NCBI RefSeq assembly: GCF_036321535.1
Contig: NC_087437.1
Span: forward strand, 26,228,001 to 26,292,000
Origin: Camelus dromedarius
Lineage: Eukaryota
Length of the DNA stretch: 64,000 nt
Reading direction: 5' to 3'
This document shows positions 48,061 to 62,160 of this stretch, in pieces. Below the pieces are notes generated by a model. The model searched no databases and was not told where the DNA came from. It was given only the letters and a program-made list of their open reading frames with translations. The stretch's first letter is position 1, and each line of letters opens with the position of its first letter. Both the position numbers and the translations under genes were made by a program.

Positions 48061-50217
48061 TTACCACTTGTTAAATAAATGCAGATAAATGTGTATTCAC
48101 ATCTCGGTGACCTGCTTTCTGAATACAACAGCAGTAACACGGAAAAGCCTCATTATCTCCCATCAAGCTTCCTTTTTCACTCACTTTTCCCCCTTCATTC
48201 ACCTTTAGGTGCAAAGTTCTAGGAAGAATGAAACATGCCCCTGAGGGTGGGCCTCCCTGGGAAAACTGACCAGAAGAGAGCAATGACTGTCCTCTACCTG
48301 GATCCCTGCACAAGGAACAGCTAAACCACAGGCTTAGGGAGCAGCCCGAAGAAGCCAATGCAGGAGCCTGAAGCAGACAGGCCTCGGGGCTCCTGCTGAA
48401 ACAGCCCGAGAGAAGGCTCACCTGTCCACCCGGGAATGTGCTTTCCAGGCACGGCCTCCGAGGAACCACTGAGCCTCTTCCCCGCCCTGCTTCCTAGTAG
48501 CACCCCCTCCGGGCCTGGTCACACTGCCTGTCACTCTGCCTGACCCCTCACCACTTAAATCAAAGACTCTGAGGCCAAACTTTCAACTGACAATGCTGGC
48601 TAGAAAGCTCTGGGCAGAGCTCAAAGACAACAGAGGAGGGAAGGGATCCTTGCCAGGAGGAAGGAACACACTCCATGATCTTAACCGAAGAGCCCTGGAA
48701 GGTCAGAAATCAGAACAGGGCTCTGCCCCACCCTCACCTTCACATGGTTCCGACATCCCACCCTACTGCCACCGTGGGTACTCATAAGACTGCTGGGGAC
48801 ATCACACCCATATTGAAAAGGAGGTTAAACTATCATAAAAATGCAATGTATTTTTAATAATTAGACTGAAGTCTTCTATCTTTGGGTAATTATGAAAAAA
48901 ATCTCCCTTCAAAATGATTTTTAAAAACTCAAATGAAGAATTTCATTGATACGAGTTCTTTCAGATGAGGTTTAAATAACATTACAGTCCCATTATTTGA
49001 AGAATGGGTAAATAAACTGTAGTATAGCCAGATGATGGAAGAATATATTAAGGTAGATCTCTAACTACTGTAGTGGAAAAACACACTTTTAAGTGAAAAA
49101 AAAAAAAAGAAAAGGACATTAAGGTACAACATGTAAAAAAAAAAAAATGCTGAACCACAAGTTTGTACATGCATTTGGACAGACCATGAACTGAGAAGGG
49201 GGCTCACCCTCTGGGGAGATGAGTGTGATTAGGGATCAAGAGAGACTGTCTCTGGCTGGATTTCTTAAAACAAAATGCAGGCATCTATAACCTGGCCAAT
49301 GAAAAAAAAAAAAAAAACAGATGCTGTTGCATTTAAATATATGGCCATCTATGGATAAAGTAAACCTACCTTATTTTATAACTTTAAATTCTTCTTCCCT
49401 TTATTCTGATCAAAAGAGGGGGTTCATCTCCTGTTCTTTGGAGATCTGAAAAGATGTTAAAAATTAAACCCTGGTTCTGTGATCTTAAGGGACTCATAAA
49501 AATCAAGGAACCCAAGCCAAAATTTAAAATAAAGATATTAATAATAGATATATGATTTAGAATGTGATGTTCCCAGGAGAATCATTTCTCCTGGGTTTAT
49601 CTGGCTAAACTTCCTTTCAAGTTTGTTTGTGGATGCTGGTGATACCACTGAGAATGAACTTGAGGCTGTGTTTAAATAATTGCTACTAACTAGCTCCTCT
49701 GACATCTCTGTATTCACTACTGACACAGTTAATCTGCTTAATTACAGTTTTGTTGATATCTCAAATTCCCCTTATTTACTTTGCATCCTGTAAAGTCCTT
49801 TGAAATCAAAACAGTCTACTACCTCTCCAGCTCTGTTTGGAAAGGTTACAATCTTAGGATCATTTGAAAGGAGGGTAGGGGGTGGGAGACTGTATTTCCA
49901 GCATGGAGTGGAATGTGGAAATAATCTGAGAATAGATGAATATACTGAATTTATTCCCAGCAACTTTTTCTCTCTTAAATTGTTATTGTTCTGCTTGGGG
50001 AAGTGATTTCTTAGAACTTTAAGTCAGACTAATAATTAAATACAAGGAATAAAGTATATTCCAAACTGTAGTGCACTTTATGGGGACCCACTATGCTAAT
50101 AAGCACCATACCCATATCTGCACACAGTATGTGCTCAGTAAATATCTATTGGCTTATTACATAAGAAAGAAGCACCAGATATCTAAATAATGGAAAAATT
50201 TTAAAGATATTTATATT

Positions 50218-50330
50218 TCTTTCAGCAAATATTATCTGAACTCCTACTGTGTGTGCCAGGCATTGGGATGGGCACTGGAGAGATACAATGGGGTAAAATG
50301 TGGTTCTTTGTCCTTAAGGAGTTCACAATA
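50218..50330 (-). mobile_element. L2 3' end
   Basis: 'ttcagcaaatattatctgaactcctactgtgtgtgccaggcattgggatgggcactggagagatacaa'. Confidence 0.75.
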
Positions 50331-51724
50331 TAAAGAATGAAAATAAAGCATAAGCACTCTCCCCTGGGGCAAAAAAAATCAAGTGTGCCTATTATTTCTA
50401 AGACTAAAATTCAATTCAAACTTGTACTATTATATCTAATCTAAAAGCATCTTTTTCTGCCTCTGACCACCCAGTAACATTTTGATTATTTCAGCAATAT
50501 GTTCAGCATCAGCCTTGATCCACAAACGCTTCCTGGTACCAGTATGTGCTAAGTATGAGGACAGCCCAACCCCAGGCCCACAGCTGAGTGCTGAGGTGTT
50601 GGGGACGTGAAACAGACCCATTCATTTAACAAGCTTTATATCCATTGTGATGGACAGTAAGAAAGATCAATTGCCAAATTACCCATATTGACCAAATTAC
50701 TATGGGATCTGAAGGAGGAGGAGATCCATCTAGCTGGTTAGTCCAACAAGGTGTCAGAGAGGAGACACGGTTGGCTGGGTGTTAACAGACCAAGCAGGAG
50801 AGGGAGAAGAACATTACAGGCCAGTGAGAGGAAACGGCCTGGAATGACACACTACCCGTCATCCATAGTCCAAAGACGAGCCACTCTGTACGACATCTGC
50901 AGAGACCAGGAGCATAAAATAGAGAGAAAGCTGGAACGATAAGCGCCTTCCTGATCATTATGGGGTGGCCACCCTCAGTCCTGTTTACTAACCTATTCCA
51001 AAAAATCACTCCGCTGTTAGATACACATATGCCTTGAGAAGCAGATGACCGGCCAACTGCAAACAGGGGAACAAGCCCCCAGATAGAGTATAATTCCCTG
51101 ACATCTGTAGTTCTAAAGAGTTCATAGGAAGGGTAATGGCATCAGCATAATACTGGCTCTGGACTTTGGAATTTTAACCAAGTGTTCAAAACGATTCATT
51201 TTCTCTTGTCTGTGTGCTTCCTTCACTCGCTTGGCCTATTTCTCTTTTTTCCTTTATTTTTCTCTCCCCACCCTTCTCTGTGTAAGTGAAAAAAAAAATC
51301 AGTGCCACAAGTCTGTACGTTTAAATTCAGCCCACATGACATTTCCTTCGAGTTTAATTGCTTCCATACAATTTATATCTGCTAGTCACGCTAGACCCCA
51401 GAGTATTAAACATGCTCTTTTACAAAGAAGCTCTTGTCCTGTAATAACCCCATAATCAAAGTGCAGGAATTATGGGTAAGGCCCAGCCGGATGACGGGAA
51501 AACAAACAGGTTTTTAAATTCACCCAAAGCAGGCTTCGGGCAGGAAGCAAATCAAAGCCAGCCACTCTTCCATGAGGCTCGAGAGCAGAAACACTGGAGC
51601 ACTAACTCCAACGCAGATCAGGGTATCTCCGCACGGCCAGCCAGGAAGAATGAAGTCAGATACTTCATCTTTGGGCTGCCATGAAGAGCCACCCACAGTG
51701 TCGCTTAAAAACACCCGGGTACAG

Positions 51725-51833
51725 GAGGGAGGACATAGCTCAGTTGGTAGAGTGCATGCTGAGCACACACAAGGTACTTGGTTCAATTCCCAGGACCTCC
51801 ATTTGAAAAAAAACAGAACAACAACAACAAAAA
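51725..51833 (+). mobile_element. Vic-1-type SINE (short form)
   Basis: 'gaggacatagctcagttggtagagtgcatgctgagcac...ggttcaattcccaggacctcc'. Near-perfect TSD aaaaacacccgggtacag / aaaaccacccggttacag. Confidence 0.92.
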
Positions 51834-54800
51834 AAAACCACCCGGTTACAGTCTCTCTGCTTTCAAGTCAAGCCGTCCCCAAAAGTTCTAGTGGTAGACT
51901 CCAAAGCCCACTCTTTAAATGAATAAATCATCCTTCTTTGTTATTCTGAGTAGACTAAAGTTAGTTCTTCTATCTTCCTATACACAGCTCAGCAACATTT
52001 CTGGCCTCATCCTATAGCAAAGGACATCTACAAACATCTCAAGGTCTTTTATAAACCCTTATCTTCCCAAACACTTGTTTAACTTATCCTATTATCTTCC
52101 CCACCTCTCAACAAACCACCTCCCCAAAAGTTCACCTTTAAGATTTTATAACTGCACCAGGGACTAACATGACTCTTTGGATCTCCCTTATTCAGCTAGC
52201 CCACTTTGCACAAGAATTGTGCCTATCTTTCTTACAAAAGCCTTTTAAGCAACATTTTTGGTTCACCCTATGGGATTCAGATAAATGCCACTCCACTAGG
52301 ATCAGGAATGTTTAATAAACAATTAATTCCATGCAATCTCTCTTCGTGTTCAAAATCCATTCAGGGCAAGAGCAAAACAACCTCAATCACTTATCAGATC
52401 CCCACCCTTGCATCTTAAAAGATTTAGTAAACATTTCTATAGATCACCCCTTTGCCTACGTTCCCTCGTTGATTTTCATAGACCAATGATGTCTATGGAT
52501 AAAGGCTAGAACCAACAGTTTGCATCAAATATGTTATTCTAGTCTTAGAAACTAACAGATGAAAACATTTTGCTTGTTGCCAATAAACTACTTTTAACCT
52601 ACCCTAATAAAACCAATTTCTACGCTATCACTAAAACATAATGTCATTTAAGGTTTATTTCTCTTTCACATGCTATACACATGTATTATTTATAGTAGTA
52701 ATCTAGGTCTGGGCATATTCTGAGTCATAATCACTTTACACATCAAGTCACTGGACAAATCAAAGTAAAATCAGATTTTTAAAACATTCATTTGGAAGCT
52801 TATATTTACATTCTGAAAAGGAAACCTTATATTTTAATGGTATTAGATATTATTTATTTTGCAGAGCCCTTTTATCTTGTTCCACAATATAACTTTTTTG
52901 TTTTACTCTTGGCAGACTTGATTGTCACTGTACAAAACAGACATTGTTTTAAGAAACCCATTTGTAATAAGTGTCAGCAAGTATGATCTTTCACTTCAGC
53001 TGAAGCAACTCTACCGCATCAGTTTACACCTCCTTGCTTGCTCACTTGGAAGTTTATTATAATCGTTTTCAGCAGCTCTCAAAACTAGACTCCAAAGGGA
53101 TAGGTACTGGTCACCAAGATGTTTACTAGGCCTCAGAAGGACCTTCCAAGAACTCAAAACTTGTTCCTGATGTTACTCTGCTTTAAGGGGAGTACAGACC
53201 ACGTGCTTTAATGAGTCAGATCGTGGGCTTTTTTATTAACACACAAGAGGTAAGCTGGACATTCCAGTGCATGTGCTACTGGGAAGGCCGAGTCCTTTAA
53301 TGGTTTTCAACCAATTAACTAGGGCTGGCCAATTCTTAGGTTACAGGAGAAGCGCTGTGGCAAAACTTGACTTAGTTCACTAGGGCTAATAATTTTAAAA
53401 GGTGGTGCTGGTCTAGCCCTTGCTCTACCCACCTGCCAAAGTTTCAACAATTCTGAATCTAACTTTAAAAATCCTTTCTTTCATGTTGACATTCCAAATT
53501 GTCCATAATGACCCTACACCTTCCTCTGCTTCTACTGTTAAATCTCTGTTAATAATCACCGACTACTCAATAGTTATTAAAATGTAAGCATCAGACAAAC
53601 ACAAAAGAACAATGGCCCCAGTGTGCCCCGTGTGGGTTACAGCCCTTGGCCCTTTGCTTGAGAACTCAGTTCTCCGAAGCCCCAAGCACAGCCCTTGCCG
53701 TCTTCATGCTTACAGAAACGCAAAATCAATAAATGCAAGTTTAACTTTTTCCAGACCACAGATGACTAAACCTTTAAAAAAAGCCTGTGGGGGGAAGTAA
53801 AGACCATATTTTTAAAATACATTTGGGTACAGCTTTACCTTTAAATAGCTGATCCTTTCTCCAGTCCTGGCTTTCCTTCCTTCAAGTTTTTCCACAATAC
53901 GTATTTATGGTTGGATTTTATGTTACAATGCACAAATTGCCAAACATATACTGGATGATATAATTATGTAACAAGAAGCCATATTTGCCGAAAGTCCTCT
54001 ATGCATAGGTTTATATTTCACATGGTACATAAAACAAAGACCCACAAAAGTGGGGACAATTGCACTAGACAGTATGTCTTCAGCAAACACAAGTAATTTT
54101 ATAAGCAGCACTGAAGTTTACTGCCTCTTTTATGATTCGTAATCCCTCCTACTAAATTCACATGTTCACACAAGTCCCAAACCAGTAACAGGGCCATTAG
54201 ATGCTCCACAATTGGCAAAATGCAGCAGAATGGCCTTTTAACAACAATCTCAGCTCTCAGTACAAAATGCATCCAAATGCAAACCGGTTTGATATAATCA
54301 AACGTGTTTTATTTACTTACATTGTGAAAGGGTAAACTGGCCTGGGGCTTTTGCCTGCATTAACTTCAGAATCCCCTTTGCCGGCTAGAAAAATCAGTTC
54401 CGCCAAATGGAGAAACAAAGATGGGAAGATAAACGTTTCTCTGAAACTATAGTTACATAATATTCTGAATCATAAATTTTTAACTGATTCCCTCCAAACA
54501 TAACCTGCTACTTTTTTATGGCTGCAATTAAGGATGACGCGTCTCAGCAACAGTCCTGTGAGCTACAAACTGTGACAAAGGTTTGACCACAGCTAGGATT
54601 GGAGAGGGTCATTTTCCTCGCGGCAAGGGATTATCATGTCCATTAGAGTCCTGTTTTTACCCAAGTCTCACAACTTACCTCGGTTATTTATAAAATGCTG
54701 ATTTCAGACCTCATTTTAACAGGATGTTTAAATAAGCAAATGCAGTCCTTCTACACGGCCTTGGACCTCTATAGGGAGAGAGCACTGGACTCCGCAGCAG

Positions 54801-54894
54801 GAACCGTAGCGTAGGTGGGAATTTGTGGGACACGCCTGATCTAACTCAGATGCCTATTTTCTTCATTTTTCCCTCTTCAAAAAACTATATTCTA

Positions 54895-55020
54895 AGGCGG
54901 GGAGATAGAGTATAGCTCAATGGTAGAGTGTGTGCTTAGTATGCACAAGGTCCTAGGTTCAATCCCCAGTAACTCCATTTAAAAAATAAATAAATAAAAA
55001 CCTAATTATTGTCCCCCAGA
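54895..55020 (+). mobile_element. Vic-1-type SINE (long form)
   Basis: SINE body plus a perfect 16-bp TSD aaaaaactatattcta at 54879-54894 and 55021-55036. Confidence 0.94.
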
Positions 55021-55169
55021 AAAAAACTATATTCTATGAGTAGGTGCCCCAGACCCCTGACCTTGCCCCATCCTGGAGAAAGAAAGTGGCCTCAGTAGAA
55101 AAAACACACTCTGGACATTTTTCAGTTCTCACCTTCCCTGATCTCTCTGAGAAACATGCCACAAAATGA

Positions 55170-55680
55170 ACCTTCCTCCTTCTTGAACTTCCCTGAATTT
55201 CAGGCACCACCTTCTGGGTTTCCTCATATCTATCTCTGGCTGTTTCTTCTCCATCTCCTTTACCAAATCTAACAAAACTTTTCTTTATTTTACTTAGAGA
55301 GAGGTTACATATTGAACCTCTCTCTAAGGCATCTCATCCACACCTGGATTTGAATAATCACATGCATATATGACTATAGTTATATAAAAATACATATATA
55401 GGTAGATATAGTTACCTGGAAAAAATATATATATATCTCCCTATAGCTCTTAAAGTCACCTCAAACTCAACATGTTAAAATACTTCTCAAACTCTTCTAA
55501 ACCTTCCAGTACTGCCTGTTACAATGAGAAGCACCCCCATTCAAGCCACTAGACAACCAGCAATGTGCAAATCTTCCATTTCACCTCCTGTCTTCACTGC
55601 CCTTATCTAATCCATCACCAAATCCTGTCAAATTTACCTCTCTAATATCCCTTAAATGATTTCACTATCCCTCAAATGAT
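55170..55680 (+). mobile_element. L2 fragment
   Basis: 'cacctcaaactcaacatg' and 'atccatcaccaaatcctgtcaaatttacctc'. Confidence 0.7.
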
Positions 55681-56957
55681 TGATCTCATGTCTTCCCTTT
55701 TCCAGCGTGAAAGCAAATTCCCATGATTAAATCACTCTTACGAGTACCTTCATTCCAGAGTGGCAGGATATTCAAGTCACAGCTTGTGAATTCTGAAACT
55801 GCAGTTAAAATGTCTATCCCCATTTCATCCCAGCACAGCTCAAGCCAGACAGCCCTTGAAAACCTCATCAGTTTTGGAGCACCAAGAACATCAATTTTCT
55901 GAGCCACAGAGCCAAATCCCAGTCTCTGAACTCTAGTTACCCCAACAAGGCTTCTCACCCTGAGACCTCCCCACCAGGCATCACGTCCAGTTCTCCAAAA
56001 TTTAACCCATATCTATACTCCGTCCTGAGGTTGTCTGAGGGTCAACCAGAAACAAAGACCACCTAAGCCGTGGTTCCCACGATACCAAAACAACCATCTG
56101 ATGAGATTATAAATGAGATCATGTGTATACATAATAAATCCCTGGAAGATACATAAGCAATTGTCAACAGTGGTTCCATCTGAGTAAAACAAGAGGGTGG
56201 AGTACTTTGACTTTCCACTTTATATCCTTAAGCATCTGCTTTAATTTTTTGATAAAAGTATGTTAAAAAGCCAACTTTAAAAAATAAATTGAAAAATAAA
56301 ATCAAGTCAGTAAAAGCTATGTCTGCTCATTTTATTACATTTATCATTTGTTTGTGTTTTCTACTTTTTGATGGATTCTCACAGTTGCTTCCTCCACCTG
56401 TGAACACCCAAGCCAAGAAAGGTTTTTCACAGACAAACTGGGAGAAACACAAATATCCAGCGTCTTCATATTTGCAGAAAAGCTGCCACAAAGGAATATA
56501 CATTTTTAATAAACAATCCAGTATGTACATTTTTCTCCAGTCACCGTGTGTTAATTGCCGAGTCTGTAGTTAGCAATGCTTGCAAGTAGATTAGTCACCA
56601 AAAAGAACTGAATTTGGATTTATCTTCAGTGTTCAGAATTGAAGTGTGCCAAAACATATTTTTAAAACATTGAGTTAGCATAGGGGCCACAAAGACCAAA
56701 AAATATTTTATGTACTGGAAAACAAATGACACAAAACTTTTATGCTGTAGAATTTATTTCCATACTGAGATTCATTATTCAACATCCTAGGTTGATTATT
56801 AAGTTAATGAGAGGTATGATTAATTAATTGGTTGGCTGATATATAAAAGATAGTTTCAGGTAGGGATGGAAAAATAAAATGATAGGTAGGTAAATGGATG
56901 GATGGATAGAGGATAGATAGATAGATAGGTTTAAGAGAGAGAAAGAGAGAAACAGAT

Positions 56958-57271
56958 CAGTGCTTCTTAACTATCCATGGTAAAGGACCAGTGTTTTTTA
57001 TATTCAATCTGTCAAGACCAGTATGTGATCCGATGTGGATGGCTTGTATGTTGCTCAGGCCACACGTGACTCACCACGCAAGTCTGACGCATCCGCATCC
57101 AAACTACCTGTTCCACAAGGTAATCCCACTGATCATGTGCTCAGAAGTCACAGCAAGGTTGTTTTGCTATGAACGTTTCTTAACACTCTCAGCTTCTGTA
57201 TTTAGCTCATCACGGGCCCGGAACATTAACACACCGCTGTCTGTCCATGAACTATACTTTGAGTAGCCCTG
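56958..57271. mobile_element. hAT-Charlie non-autonomous element (Charlie4-like)
   Basis: Termini 'cagtgcttcttaact' and 'actttgagtagccctg'; internal 'ccacacgtgactcaccacgcaag' and 'ccactgatcatgtgct'. Confidence 0.7.
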
Positions 57272-57624
57272 AGATTCAAGATCAGCTACTTCACATAACA
57301 TGCCATTCATTCTGTTTGGTTGGCACCCATCTAACTGGCCAGTGCATTTGCCAGACCACTTAACACCCTTGTAAAGAAGGGTCAGTATATTGATTAATAG
57401 GTAGAACAGTAGAAGATAGAGAAATTAGGTAACAGACAAGCTAGACAGATAATAAATTAGACAGGAGCCAGAGAGTCTCTGCTCTTTGTGCACAGAATTC
57501 TCTAGATGAGGCATTAATGTTGGTTGTCTCTAAACAGGGATCCAGGGAAAATCAGAAGAATCTATTTTCTATTTTCCCCCCTCCAGTAGTGGCTAAGCAT
57601 ATAATATTTTTATAATTAAAAACA

Positions 57625-58035
57625 AAGTCAGAAACAATCTAAATGTCCATCAGTAGGGGATCAGTTTAAGAAATGTACTGTACATCCATACAGTAGAATA
57701 CTACGTGGTCCTTAAAGAAATAAAGCAGATACTTATGTACAGAAAAGGAATAAACACCAAGAGACACTAAGTGAACAGAGGAAGGTACAGAACAGTGTGT
57801 CCCATTCGTCCTGTACGGAAAATAGCCTAGATGGGAATATACATTTAACTCACATATACACAGACTTACTCGTACTCACAGAGAGCTTCTCTGGAAGGAC
57901 AGAAGAAACTGGCATTCTAGGGAGGGGACTAGAGGACTAGGGAAGGGTGAAAGAGAGACTTCTCAGAGTACATGCTTTGGTGCAAAATTCAAAATTTTGT
58001 CATTTACATGTACTTACTACTATTTGAAAACTTTT
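57625..58035 (+). mobile_element. Old L1M 3' fragment
   Basis: 'gaaacaatctaaatgtccatcagtagggga...tacatccatacagtagaatactac'. Confidence 0.75.
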
Positions 58036-59074
58036 TTTTAATTTGAAGAAGTCATCTGAGAACATTCACATGTGGTCGTCATCATGAGTGAGTGTGAAAA
58101 GGCTCCCAATGGGCTCCACTAAGACTCTTGGAAGGATGCCCCTGAGAGGGAGGCCACGGGCTGCGCAGGCGGGCCATCCTCAAGGGACAGGGCCTAGGTA
58201 GGCTTTGGTGGGTTAACTGTGGTTCCAGAATCTCAATCTTGTCTGTGCCCAGTTGATCAGCCTCATCCAAAACCACAAGAGTATTCTGGGAACAACCAGA
58301 CCTGCAAGCTATTCATTTACAAGCAGAAATGGCAGAGTCAGTGGGGATGAGCCTGGGTGGAGGCTAGCTTTATATCCCACTAATTTGGAGAGCAAAGACC
58401 ATCCACTACAGTGGAGCTGCACAGGCTGAATATTTGACCAATGGATGGATCTACAGATGGACAGAGGGACAGATGCATTGCTATGAAAGCTCTATCATTT
58501 CAGACCCATAAACTAGTGTAAAATGCTTAGTTCCCTAAAGAACTAGGAAGACCTCAACATAGGAGATAATGATGTGGTCTTATGCTACATTCAGATAACA
58601 CTAGGATGGGTGTATCTCAAAATTAAGGGCTAAGGAGGTTGACATTCACTAGTGAAAGGTCAGGGTACCCATCCTAGCTGAGGTTCTAAAGCCTCAGTGG
58701 GATGCACAGTCATCTACCAACCAACAGTTATCTTCAACCCAAGTAAGGCCTCAAAAACAGACCCTTAGCATTTCTGCTCCTGCACTTCTCTTCCAATCCC
58801 CTCTTTCCTAGAAGGCCCTTTTGCTCACCCACACACATTCTTCCCATTTTTCAAGGCTCCATTTATGCCCAACCACCTTTACAGAGACTTCTCTGAACAT
58901 TCACCCTTCATCCATCTTTCTCTCGTACACATTTAGTATGTGGAACTATGGTTCTAAACTTTCAGTCCAGGGGGCGCAGACACGATGGAACTACATTCCT
59001 AAACATGGCAGATTTCCATGAGGAATTCCAGCATGCAAACTTGCAAAGATTTAAAAGAAAAGATTGCAAGATAT

Positions 59075-59470
59075 CTTCCTTATCAAGCACCAATCTATGT
59101 GCTAAGACACTGGGCTCAGGTTACAGTGACAAGCAAGAAAAAGGTCATTTTTGCCCCCATGGAGGTTTCAGTCTAGTTGAGAAAGAGAAATCAATCAACA
59201 GTAATATGGCAGTAGTGCTACGTCTGGGGAGACACAGAGGGCCATGGGAGAACCTACAGGAGCACCTAAGCCAGCGCGTGGGCTGTGAGTCACGGAAAAC
59301 CTCCTGCAGGGCTGGCATCTAAGCGGATGCCTGAAGGCAGTTGTAGGCGTTAACCAGGCAAAAAGCGAGGAAATAATGTTCCAGGCACAGGTAATAGCTT
59401 GTGCCAATTTCTGAGGCCGGAAGGCGTGTAGCCAATAGGAGAAACCAAAAGACATTCAGCTCGGCTGCAA
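59075..59470 (-). mobile_element. L2 fragment
   Basis: 'tatcaagcaccaatctatgtgctaagacactggg...tgcccccatggaggtttcagtctagttg...atgttccaggcacagg'. Confidence 0.7.
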
Positions 59471-60676
59471 GTTTCATACCTGTAACCGCAATAGAAATGA
59501 CTGCCTTACTGTGACACACCACAAAGAGCTTCCAGCCCAGGAGAGGAGCTGCTCAGTTCCCACCGCACACAGGTCAGAACGGGGCTATTTAGCCTGGTTT
59601 TGTCTGTCTTCGCCAGATATCTCCAGCTAGACTGTCAGCTGCCTGAGGTCCAAAAACCTGCCACGTTTCTCCCCTCCGGCACAGCGCAGCACGCTCACAC
59701 ACAAGAGGAGTTCAAGGATTTTTCGTTGTAAAAGCTGAAACAGCGAAAGATCTTGAAGGTGGCAAAAAACCAAGGCCCTGGGAGATCGCAGTCCCCATCG
59801 CCACCTCAACCAAGACCGAGAACAGTAATGAGTAAACCTGCAGGGCGCACACTGTGCCAGACACAGCGCTAAGCACTTTGCGTGTATTCCTGCTCTCCCT
59901 TCCTCTAATAGCGCCGAGCAAGTGAACATCGTTTTTTCCTATCTTAATGCTCATCTGCGGGTCTAGATGGAGCATTAACGAAAAGCTGGAAGTCCAGGAA
60001 GGTGTGCACCCAAATAAAGAACATGCTGAAGGAAATCTAGAAGGTTGGCCAGTAAGTCTACTTCTTATCCTGGTCCGACTTTTATGGAGAATTTTTGGTG
60101 AAGATTTTAGCAATTACTGTGTCAGTTCATTTCTAAAGAAAATAACCCACCAAACAAGGAAAACACAGGCAGCTCCCAAAGAGGATCTCTTTGGTAACAT
60201 AAGCTCCAGGCTTCAGTTACTGAGCTATGGCTAAGAGATTCCGCATGGCATGGAGCCGCACACGTCTACCCAAATCTCCCACCCCATCTTCCCTGGCTTC
60301 TATGCTTGCTTTTTCCAATGATTTTTATAACTTCCCCCCTCCCCCCAGCCCAATTTAGAAAGAAATATATTTATTATACAACATTTGGGACATACAGAAA
60401 GGCAGAAAGTAGACAAGATAAATCTCCATAATCCCAAAAATGACCATGGAAAACATTTTGGTATGAACCACTCTATCAGACACACACACACACAAACACA
60501 CACATACACACACACACTTTTTAAAATAAAAATAGGATTATCACACTTTCACAATGTACCATAATTGTAGGTTTTTTGGTGTTATAGCCCACTTGTCTGA
60601 TATTTAAGGCATTTCTTATTTCTAAGCATTGGTAATTGTTAAAGCAAGAAATAGAAATGAAAAACATAATACATAG

Positions 60677-60830
60677 GTGGGGAGGGTATAGCTGAGTGCT
60701 AGAGCACATGCTCAGCATGCATGTGGTCCTGGGTTCAATCCCCAGCACCCCCATTAAAAAATGAATAAATAAATAAACTTCATTACTCCCCCAAATTAAA
60801 TAAATAAAAATAAATTGTACCCAAAAAACC
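60677..60830 (+). mobile_element. Vic-1-type SINE (long form)
   Basis: SINE body plus a perfect TSD acataatacatag at 60664-60676 and 60831-60843. Confidence 0.94.
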
Positions 60831-60927
60831 ACATAATACATAGACACAAAGAATGCTGAAAAGAAAAGCTATAACTTGACTTCAACATGAAACTCTCAAC
60901 TAGAAGAATAATAGTGAAGGTCACAAA

Positions 60928-61205
60928 AAGATTTCCCAAAGTGCGGTCTATAGAACATTCCTGGGTGAATGGTAAGAGATGATAGTTGAAATAAAAATGT
61001 TCAAAAATCAAATACACTTGTGAAACACTGACTTAAAAATAAACTAGTTTTGTAATAAATGACTTTGGAGTCTTTAATGTGTATTGTGAAATGCCAAGAA
61101 AGGGAGAGAGCATGCAACAGATCCCAAATCTATTGGTCCAGGAACCCTTGTTTACAAAGTATCTGAGTGGACCAGGGTTCCAAGGAATACACTTTGGAAA
61201 ACTCC
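60928..61205. mobile_element. hAT-Charlie MITE related to the element at 10765-11020, opposite orientation
   Basis: Termini 'tttcccaaagtg' and 'cactttggaaaac'; internal 'tcccaaatctattggtccaggaaccc'. Confidence 0.55.
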
Positions 61206-61959
61206 GTCTATTCATATTTTAATGCACTAAAATACTCGCGGTCCCCCACAGACCAGCAGAAGGGCCATCCCCTCAGAAGCTGCCCTTCAACAATAAGTTT
61301 AGTACTTCAGTCCTCAGTCTTCCAAATCACCCTTTAACAAAAAAGTTATCCCCTGGATTGGTGGACTCGTTTACCTCCAGCATTCTCTCCTGTGATTAGA
61401 TATTTAATTGAGGGAGGCTGGGAAAGGCGGGGGTGATAGGTAAGGGTGTAATTCTTATAAATCTTAACTCAATTTGTCAACAAACAAAAATTGAGACTGA
61501 CTCAACCCTTTAAGCAGTTTATTTCTAATCAATCTCTACAATTAGGAAGACAATGGGAAGTAATCTTTTTATCCTTTAAGCTGCTTTACTGACATTATCT
61601 GATTAACCCTCTCAACAAGTCCTCAGAAAAGTACCCAGTCCTGACACATATTAAGTCATCTGCCCTTCATGGCACATCTGTGTTCCCAGTAAAATGATAC
61701 GGATTTATTAATGGTAAGAATCTCAATGAGAATAAGATATAAACACGCACTGTAGGCATACTATCCATTTCTGGTTTGTTTGCTTCATCATCATTATCTC
61801 TCTCTCCAGCACTGAGAGCTCCAAATTTGATCACTTAGACTGAGTTTAGAAGCAAACTCTAATGCACCATCCACCACTCCAAAGTTATCTGGTCACCAAG
61901 GATACCTAATTACAGGGCCCAATTATGGGTGCATAATTGGCATGAGGCAGCATGGTATA

Positions 61960-62160
61960 AGGGCGGGAGTACAGGTTTCAGAATCACATAATCCTCATCC
62001 CATCTCTGCCTGTTATGTGACCCTGGGCCATTTACTCAACCGCAGTGTGCCTCAGTTTCCTCAAAAGAAAAATGAGATAACAATCTGTACCTGTTCACAG
62101 GTCACTGTGAGGGTTAAAAGAACTAATATGTGTGAAAGCACCTGGGGTTATGAATAAAGT
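61960..62160 (+). mobile_element. MIR
   Basis: 'tatgtgaccctgggccatttactcaaccgcagtgtgcctcagtttcctca...tgtgagggttaaa'. Confidence 0.8.
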
